A stretch of 17,215 nt of DNA from Octopus sinensis (taxonomy: Eukaryota), in contig NW_021824882.1 of the NCBI RefSeq assembly GCF_006345805.1, positions 1 through 17,215 of the forward strand, written 5' to 3'. Below, piece after piece: positions 8,860 to 17,215 of the stretch. A program made the position numbers and the translations under genes. The notes below the pieces were generated by a model. That model worked only from the letters and a program-made list of their open reading frames with translations, did no database searches and was not told the DNA's origin. Positions within the stretch are counted from its first letter, which is position 1; the number at the start of each line of letters is the position of its first letter.

Positions 8860-9318
8860 GGAGGCGCAATGGCCCAGTGGTTAGAGCAGCGGACTCGCGG
8901 TCGTAAGAACGCGGTTTCGATTCCCAGACCGGACATTTTGAGTGTTTATTGAGCAAAAACACCTAAGCTCCACGAGGCTCCAGCGGGGTGGGATGGGGTG
9001 AACCCCGCTGTACTCTTTCTTCCTACTTCTGCCAGTAAGCAGAGGGACCATGGTGTAACCCATTATAGTGAGGTAAACTTTCAGACCCTAGTCTAGATTG
9101 CGAATCCTCTGTACCCCAGGATGGTTCAGCTCTCCACCCGTTAAGAAAAAGCCACCGTTTACGGAATGAGGATAACAACGTAGCTTTCACGCCCGTGCAA
9201 CCGCCAGTCTATCGCGTGTGGTGGGTGGATCTTAAAGTTGCCACACGCATTCTTAGTAGCTTAGAGTAGGCTCGAATTAGAGATTATTCTTTGTGGCTAA
9301 TGGCGTGGGTCCTGATTG
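8860..9318 (+). mobile_element. tRNA-derived SINE, family C head with tail type 4, followed by (GAA/GAT)n to ~9420
   Basis: Same head/body to ~9025, then ~290 bp of different sequence ending at a trinucleotide tail. The 3' boundary is inferred. Confidence 0.75.
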
Positions 9319-9671
9319 GAAGAAGAAGATGATGATGATGATGATGATGATGAAGAAGAAGAAGAATAAGAATAATAATAATAAGAAGAAGGTGGAGAAG
9401 AAGAAGACAACGACAAGGAAAATCTATTTCAATATATTAGTTTACTAATTCAAATCTAACGCTTATGTTTTTTTTATAACCCTACTTAACCTTTAAGCAT
9501 TTAATCCGGCTATATCCGTTTTAAGCATTCTACCCGTTTAATGCTCAAATCCACCAGATCCAATCTCTCACACTTACCCTATAATGTCATTCTAAAAATA
9601 TACAATTATATTTTCAAAATCTCGAAGCTACGAGATTTATACTTGATTAATTCAAAACAATGTGAATAAAT

Positions 9672-9737
9672 AGGCGTAGGAGTGGCTGTATGGTAAGTAG
9701 CTTGCTTACCAACCACATGGTTCCGGGTTCAGTCCCA
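9672..9737 (+). mobile_element. SINE family B head fragment
   Basis: AGGCGTAGGAGTGGCTGTATGGTAAGTAGCTTGCTTACCAACCACATGGTTCCGGGTTCAGTCCCAC closely matches the reverse complement of ~16937-17000. Confidence 0.9.
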
Positions 9738-9793
9738 CACAAACACACTAATATATGTGAGACAATTAAGAATTACGCATTACCCGATTTCTT

Positions 9794-9876
9794 CGCACCG
9801 CCGCCCGTACACCGCACCGCCGCCCGTACACCGAACCGCCGCCCGTACACCGCACCGCCGCCCATACACCGCACCG
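9794..9876. repeat. GC-rich 19-bp minisatellite CGCACCGCCGCCCGTACAC x ~4.4
   Basis: Units start at 9794, 9813, 9832, 9851 and (partial) 9870, with two single substitutions. No spacers, so not a CRISPR array. Confidence 0.95.
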
Positions 9877-10202
9877 AGTAGGAAGTAACCGAATGACTGA
9901 TAATGACGTAAGCTACGAAAGGAAAATATATTTCGTCCGTCACGCTTCAGGAAGTCTTGTTTGTAATTTTCAAAATGAAGGGTTGAAGCTTAACGTCAAA
10001 AATAAGTTTGTTCCTTTTAGAATCGGATTGTGAGGGCTATGATGTTTGTCAGTGAGACAGAAATTTTAGGGCATTAATCAATTTGAAAGTACCTGTATCT
10101 TATCTGACATTGTACAGGAGATACCTGTAGTCTGTTCTGTGTCTCTTGATCCCCATATTTGCTTTGAAGTTGATGCCGTGTTATTAATATAATCTTAGAA
10201 TA

Positions 10203-10851
10203 AGGTGGTGAGCTGGCAGAACCGTTAGCTCGCAGGGCGAAATGCTTAGGGGTATTTCGTCTGTCTTTACGTTCTGAGTTCAAATTCCGCCGAAGTTGAC
10301 TTTGCCTTTCATCCTTTCGGGGTCGATAAATTAAGTACCACTTGCGTACTGGGGTCGATCTAATCGATTAGTCCCCTCCACCAAAATTTCGGGCCTTGTG
10401 CCTAGAGTAGAAAAGAATATAAAGACGGCGAGCCGGTAGGAACGTTAGCACGCCGGGCGAAATGTTTAGCACTATTTCGTCTGCCGTTACGTTCTAAGTT
10501 CAAATTCCGCCGAGGTCGACTTTGCCTTTCATCCTTTCGAGGTCGATAAATTAAGTACCATTTACGCACTGGGGTCGATGTAATCGACTTAATCCCCTTG
10601 TCTGTCCTTGTTTGTCCTCTCTATGTTTAGCCCCTCGTGCGCAATAAAGAAAGTATAAACGTTAGCATGTCGGGCGAAATGCTTAGCGACATTTCATCCG
10701 TCTTTACGTTCATGGTTCAAATTCCGCCAAGTCGACTTTGCCTTTCATCATTTCGGGGTCGATAAATTAAGTACCACTTGCGTACTGGGGTCGATCTAAT
10801 CTATTGGTCTCCTCATCAAAAATCTCGGGCCTTGTGCCTAGAGTAGAAAAG
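10203..10851 (+). mobile_element. Head-to-tail trimer of SINE family A inside one 17-bp TSD
   Basis: Copies at ~10203-10418, ~10423-10655 and ~10658-10851 (5'-truncated). AATATAATCTTAGAATA at 10186-10202 and 10852-10868. Confidence 0.92.
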
Positions 10852-11631
10852 AATATAATCTTAGAATATATTTAAATACAAACCGGTTTATGAATTTGAA
10901 TCAATGGAGCAATACGATCATGTGAACAAAAGGATTCGGAAAAATAAAGCAATTTTTATCTGAGACAGACCGACATCTTTGATTATATATTTGCGCCTGT
11001 CTAGATGTCGAAACCAGCAGTTTCACTAAAATATACACCAATTTTACTAGTCAATATTACTAATCTACACTAATATCACATCAAACGTCCTTTAGATCTT
11101 TAAGCATGGCTAGCGATCACTCTTCTGAGCGAATTTTGTGTCACAATGGGCAACTTTGATGAAGCCTTATTGTTTGCTTCAGAAAGCATATTACTTTTCT
11201 AAGAAATGTAGAGCTATTGAAATGGTTTATAATTTTGATCAGGTTGTATCGCTGAACAGCTGAAATTTCCGGGAGATGAATAATTTACACAGTCAAGAAA
11301 TTCATTTGTTTGTGACGGTCGAAGAAGAAATTACAGCGGTGAGGTTAAGTTTAAGCTCGTCTTCAAATTGTATGAGTTTTACTGCACAAAATAAATTTAC
11401 AACATTCTTTTGTACATCGATACCCATCCAACAACCAACCCAACGTCATCAAACATGTGCCAATAAGCGTCAGCAAGAGGACAAGTATATTTAGTTTGTA
11501 ACGAAACCATCTTCAGTATCTTGTAGAGTATTGGATAACACCACAACACTTTCAGAGTATATTTTGAAATCGAGAGACAAATAAGAGACCCCTAACGTGT
11601 CTCATTAGAAGTACTAGATAAGGTACAGATA

Positions 11632-12135
11632 CCGTAAACCCTCCAGTATAGTCCGCCCTTGAGTATAATACGCAGGGGATTTTTAGGGGGCTGTACCTCT
11701 GAAAAACTTAAACCTTGTGTATATTATGCACCCCTTCTCTAACTTAAGTCAAAGAGGTCTATATAACGCCTTGGTTTGTAAAAATGTATACAGTAACGTC
11801 CTTTAATATATTGTACATATAACATAATGCAAACGTGTAGCTTTTTTGTGCATTTTGTTTGCAGAAAATAAAGAAATAACAGTAATAGGTTTAATAAATG
11901 TTGCTTACTGCAAGTTATGGATGTTCTTTATGACTTCATTGCTTTCAGGTTAGCTTAAGGTATTTTAACGCCCGACATCACAAAATGCGTCTGAATAACA
12001 TTGCTGGACAGCAAATAGAGACTCGGACATTGCTTTGAAAATATTTTCATTTTTAACCTCGTGTATAATACGCGCTAGGGATTTTGACCTTTAAATTTTT
12101 GGGGAAAAATGCGGATTATACTCGAGGATTTACGG
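11632..12135. mobile_element. 504-bp non-autonomous Tc1/mariner-superfamily (pogo/Tc2-like) MITE
   Basis: TIRs CCGTAAACCCTCCAGTATAGTCCGC (11632-11656) vs reverse complement of 12111-12135 match 22/25. TA on both sides (11630-11631, 12136-12137). Internal GTATAATACGC repeats. Confidence 0.9.
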
Positions 12136-12595
12136 TATTTAAGAATATAGGAATGTCCTACAATCTCTGTCTTTCGGAGAAACTTTACATCATCATGTTT
12201 TACACTCTGACTTAAATAAATTAATTCCAACTTCCGAGCATAAGCCTAACTATCTCCCAGTGAATTTCAAAAGGGACTTTTATACCTGAGATAATGTAGA
12301 AACTATCGGTGATTTACGGTGTTTACCGGTGATTTACGGCGTTAACTCCACGCAGAATTATCGAACTGTTCCCTAAACCAAAAACGGTATTGCTCAGTTA
12401 GCCGAAAGAATAAAACCGCCGCTTGGAAATATAATTAGAAATATAATTTGCGATGTCGAATAGTGGGTAACACTAATTTTACAAAATTGATGTAATACAT
12501 ACATGCATACGTATGTATCTAGGTATGAGTGTATTTGGATTTATATATACATGTATGACGCATATAATGTATATGCATATAGATGTAAAGTATCA

Positions 12596-13025
12596 TTTAT
12601 CGCCACTTCAACGTGTGTGATCTCTAAGAACCGACGATACTGCTATGTTAATCCCAGGAAGACATTTCCTCCAGCTGGTTATTTAGTGCGCTTTCGCATT
12701 CGATATTCATTGCAAAGGGGGAGAGAACTTCTGCCATCCTACCCCAGAGACCACAAGGTCACGTGATTTCAATCTTATTGGATCACTTCAGTGATGGACA
12801 CTCGTTTGCTCGGCATGGCATTAGCCTGACCTCGCTTGTAATATATTAGAAAATACAGTGTCATACAATAACTAGCAAACTAGTCCATCAGGAAATCTCT
12901 GTTTGAGACAGAAGCAGTAAACGAACCAAAAAGGTAGTGTTTATCGCCACTTTAACGTAGGCGTTCTGTAAGAACCGACTATTCTGCTATTTTAACCCCA
13001 GGAAGACATCTCCTTCAGATGGTTA
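12596..13025 (+). repeat. Two diverged direct copies of an ~86-bp repeat (12596-12681, 12940-13025)
   Basis: TTTATCGCCACTT.AACGT...TAAGAACCGAC...CTGCTAT.TTAA.CCCAGGAAGACAT..CCT.CAG.TGGTTA present twice, 344 bp apart. Confidence 0.85.
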
Positions 13026-13091
13026 TAACACAACTGTATATAAATACATGCAAATATGTACATACATCACACATCCATATATATATATATG

Positions 13092-13402
<311 letters not shown>

Positions 13403-13964
13403 ATGTGTGCATATAAATGTGTACTCAGACAGACACACGGAAATAGATGTGGATATACGCATTCGGATACTTTTAACTGTTCTACAAGTAAATATTCATC
13501 GATTTTTGAAGATACCAGAGAAGCAACAACGGTTTATTGATTAATTCAGATTGTACTTTATCTGTGTACTAAATGCATTCATATACATAGATACACACAC
13601 GAACACATACACACGTGCGTATACGCATATGTATATATATGTGTTGTTAGATTTTCACCCTTGGGAGAGTTAATGACTTTTGTTAGAAAGGGTGAATACA
13701 TGTTCCAAAGTTAAATTGATGGACAAAGCCTAGGGACTCATCAGACGTCGAGACCTCATCATTTCAAATTTAATTCCGTTCTAATACAATTTGAAGAGGA
13801 CAAATGCACGCGGTCTTAACAAGGAACTTAGCACAACTGATGATTGCTTGCAGACCGTAGAATTGATGTTTTGCCGAATTTGGTAAATGTCTAAAACTAT
13901 ATAAAAACACAATAAATTGTGCTGTAATCTGTTACCCCACATACAGATATAAGTCTATCAATGA

Positions 13965-14069
<105 letters not shown>

Positions 14070-14137
14070 GCCCAGGAATCGAAACCACAAGCTTACGATC
14101 ATGAGTCCAATAACCGTAACCACTAAGCCACGCGGCT
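14070..14137 (-). mobile_element. tRNA-derived SINE head fragment
   Basis: Minus strand CAGCCGCGTGGCTTAGTGGTTACGG...GGTTTCGATTCCTGGGC (A and B boxes), truncated at the (GATA)n tract. Confidence 0.75.
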
Positions 14138-14524
14138 GACTTGCTTATTCTGCCAAACGTATAAATTACCAGATCATTTATATATGAGGGGCTCTTCGTT
14201 GTATAGCAGTCCCTTGTATAGACGCAAATCATACCACAACTGAAATGGATTGGTATACAAATAAGCGAAACGGCGAATGAAAAAGGGCTGCCTTTTGACA
14301 AATCACCTGGCGAGAGACATCTGTCCCACAGTTGCTTGTACGGTATCTCAGCTGGAAGGAACCGTGGATTTTACTTTCTTTCGCTCATACACACAACACA
14401 CACACACGCGCTCACGCGCGCGCAAACATATATATTATATATATATACACAGTATATATATGTGTATGTATAGATGTATATATAATGTATATATATATAT
14501 ATATATAATATATATATATATATC

Positions 14525-14586
<62 letters not shown>

Positions 14587-14644
14587 TATGTATTTATGTG
14601 TATGTATATGTATGTAGATTTGAATGTAAGTAAATATATATATG

Positions 14645-15066
14645 TTCTTTTATTTATTTATTCTTTTATTTGATTCAGTCATTTTGACTGTGGCCATGCT
14701 GGAGCACCGCCTTTTTTTCGTCGAAGAAATCGAACCCTGGACTTACTCTTTTTAAGCCGGGTACTTATACTACCGGTCTCTTTTGTCGAACCGCTATGTT
14801 ACGGGCACGTAAACACACCAACATCGGTTGTCAAGCGATGGTAGTGGGACAAACACAGACACAAACACACAAGCACCCCCCCCCCCCACACACACACATA
14901 TACGACGGGCTTCGTTGAGTTTCCGTCTACCAAATCAAGTCATAAGGTTTTGGTCGGCCCGAGGATATAGTAGAAGAATCTTGCCCAAGATGTCACGCAG
15001 TGGGACTGAACCCCAAACCATGTGCTTGAGAAGCAAGCTTCTTACCACACAGCCATGCCTCCGACT
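14645..15066 (-). mobile_element. Full-length tRNA-derived SINE family B
   Basis: Minus strand head GGCATGGCTGTGTGGTAAGAAGCTTGC...GGTTCAGTCCCAC, central TTGGGCAAG motif, internal (TG)n, A-rich tail. Homologous to 16583-17000. Confidence 0.92.
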
Positions 15067-15143
15067 ATATATATATATATATATATCTACATACACACAT
15101 ATACATACATATATATATATATATATCACACACAAATTTAAAG

Positions 15144-15179
<36 letters not shown>

Positions 15180-15260
15180 ATATACATATATAATACTATA
15201 AATATATATATATATTATATATATATATACATATATAATACGTATTAAATATATATATAG

Positions 15261-15296
<36 letters not shown>

Positions 15297-15494
15297 GTAA
15301 ATGTATGTATGTATGTATGTATGTATGTATGTATGTATATATATAATATGAGTTTTCTAAACGGCTTATTAAAATAAATCATCAATTAACATTTTTGATA
15401 TATGCTGCGTTATCAAGTGTTACTTCTAAAGAAAAATGAGAAATCATTACTAAGAAAGCCACTGGTGTGCATCGATCTAAGTTTGTTATCTCAC

Positions 15495-15513
15495 CGTACA
15501 AACGCGCGGCCAT
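15495..15513 (-). CDS. Candidate first coding exon (MAARLY + G) of an unidentified minus-strand gene
   Basis: CGAAA-ATG-GCC-GCG-CGT-TTG-TAC-G|GTGAGA: good start context, YY1-like AAAATGGCCG motif, CpG-rich patch and consensus donor. No homology recognised. Confidence 0.3.
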
Positions 15514-15912
15514 TTTCGGTGAGCAGCTTGTGCATGGCTCGCTACCTTTCAGTCGTTTAAACAATGTTTGTCGATCAGAAATTGCTATACGTACGTACAT
15601 GCTCATGCATGCAAATCTATAATACATACACACATATTTTACACACACACATACACATGCACACACATAGATCTGTGTGTGTGTGTGTGTAATATGTACA
15701 CCAACACATGTACTCGCTGTTCACGTGATGAATATTTCCCATATACAACATGAAAGTATTTAATAAAGTGCTCAACAGATTTCATTACATTCTTGCGAGC
15801 GATATGGAGTGCAAAGCTATGTAATAAAGCGTAACTATTGGAGGTGAAGGAATGAAATCAAACCTTTATATTAAGTATACGTATGCATATAGTGTATGTG
15901 TATATGTATATA

Positions 15913-15952
<40 letters not shown>

Positions 15953-15972
15953 ATATATATATATATATATAA

Positions 15973-16158
15973 TAAAGTTAATCCAACAAGAAAACACAGA
16001 AAAAAGAAAAAAAAACACAGCAACGCAGGACGTGGAACAATTAAAGTATTATTGACACTCAGGAAAGAAGGGAGGAGGGTTTAACGTTTCGAGCGGAGCT
16101 CTTCGTCGAAAAAAAGGGAAGGAAAGATCCCAAGAAGGGAAGACAGAGGAAAAAATAT
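15973..16158 (-). mobile_element. Second, inverted copy of the ~190-bp hammerhead element; core mutated
   Basis: Reverse complement matches 13100-13290. The HHR at 16079-16111 reads TCGACGA-A-GAGCTCCGCTC-GAAACGTT-AAAC instead of CTGACGA. Its 3' end abuts (TA)n at 15900-15972. Confidence 0.8.
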
Positions 16159-16582
16159 TTGAGCTGGTGGTGCTCAAGAGATCACATGTTGAAAGCATAT
16201 ATAACCCGGGACCTTGAAGAGTGCTTAAATGCAAGAAAGTATACTAGTCCCTTAATATTCGATATTCAATATTTCATCTTTTCAATAAGACAATCAATAC
16301 TTCATTTCATTTTACTACATATACTATACATACCAGATATTCTATATCCTACGTTAATATTATAAAGAATATAAATAAAACATAATAAACAGACGCAGTT
16401 GGAATTCCTTTGAATAATATATATATATATATATATATACACAGATTTATGTACATGCATATACTCATATTTACACACATGCATATATGAATGCATAAAT
16501 ACACACTGACATACACGCATACTCGCACACCCATACGCATACACGCACACACACATACACACACATAATCATATGATGCGTA

Positions 16583-17000
16583 TACTCTTTTACTCTTTTA
16601 CTTGTTTCATTCATTTTATTGTGGCCATGCTGGAGCACCACCTTTAGTCGAGCAAATCGACCCCACGACTTATTCTTTTGTAAGCTTAGTACTTATTCTA
16701 TCGGTCTCTTTTGCCGAACCGCTAAGTGACGGGGACGTAAACACACCAGCATCGGTTGTCAAGCAATGTTGGGGAGACGAGCACAGACACACAAACACAC
16801 ATACACACACACACACACACATATATATATACATACATACGACTCGCTTCTTTCAGTTTCCGTCTACCCAATCCACTCACAAGGCTTTGGTCGGCCCGAG
16901 GCTATAGTAGAAGACACTTGCCCAAAGTGACACGCAGTGGGACTGAACCCGGAACCATGTGGTTCGTAAGCAAGCTACTTACCACACAACCACTCCTACG
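16583..17000 (-). mobile_element. Full-length tRNA-derived SINE family B
   Basis: Homologous over its full length to 14645-15066; tail is a short AGTAAAAG repeat. Confidence 0.92.
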
Positions 17001-17077
17001 TAAGTATTTCTACCGATAAAATACTTCTTACAAGTAGCAAAGAACTCATTACTGATGTGATTCTATACCACATCTCA

Positions 17078-17117
17078 TTACTGACAGTTTCGTCCCTGAA
17101 AACACTCGTCAGACGAA
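17078..17117 (-). ncRNA. Degenerate hammerhead core
   Basis: Minus strand CTGACGA-GTGTTTTCAGGGAC-GAAA-C-T-G-TC. Perfect core, G-C closing pair and GUC triplet, but stems I and II pair poorly. Confidence 0.4.
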
Positions 17118-17215
17118 GACTGTGAATGTTGAAAGCCCCTGTATGGTCAGGTGATTCGGTAGGAATTGAGCGTTTTGCTGCAACTTTTTTGCTGGGTTTT
17201 TCCCTTCTTACTGAG

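Noticed and set aside
9486-9671. Possible piggyBac-like MITE left end (TTAA-CCTTTAAGCATT)
   Set aside because: No convincing matching right TIR or TTAA in the window; sequence is interrupted by a SINE head.
9794-9876. CRISPR-like array
   Set aside because: Contiguous tandem units with no unique spacers, no cas genes and a eukaryotic context.
10960-11026. CGACATCT/AGATGTCG stem followed by GAAAC-CAGCA-GTTTC
   Set aside because: Resembles HHR stems II/III, but there is no CTGANGA immediately upstream (only CTGAGA, displaced) and no stem I.
12286-12372. Minus-strand segment with plausible splice sites (TTTAG| ... CAG|GTATAA) and a small CGGTGATTTACGG duplication
   Set aside because: Stop codons in all three frames, so not a coding exon; no other support.
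13728-13750. Minus-strand CTGATGAGTCCCTAGG resembling a hammerhead 5' core
   Set aside because: No GAAA, stem III or NUH follows.

Overview
AT-rich, repeat-saturated eukaryotic DNA with no recognisable intact gene. The tRNA-headed SINEs and dense (TA)n/(CA)n/(TCTA)n microsatellites suggest an octopus-like (coleoid cephalopod) genome; this is an inference. Most of the window is SINEs of several families (some nested, some with clear target-site duplications), a decayed DD37D (maT-type) Tc1/mariner transposase, a 504-bp TA-flanked MITE and simple repeats. The supplied ORFs are essentially all translations of repeats. The main unexplained signal is a set of type I hammerhead ribozyme (HHR) motifs in at least three unrelated repeat families. 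(1) A ~466-bp unit with one HHR per unit forms a partial tandem plus inverted array at 542-1968, an architecture typical of retrozymes or Penelope-like elements. (2) A TSD-flanked 320-bp element at 4775-5094 joins a tRNA-like head to an HHR-bearing tail. (3) A ~190-bp element next to (TA)n occurs as two inverted copies at ~13.1 and ~16.0 kb. A fourth, degenerate HHR core lies at ~17.1 kb. A weak candidate for the first exons of a minus-strand gene lies at 15513-15495 and 14351-14307.
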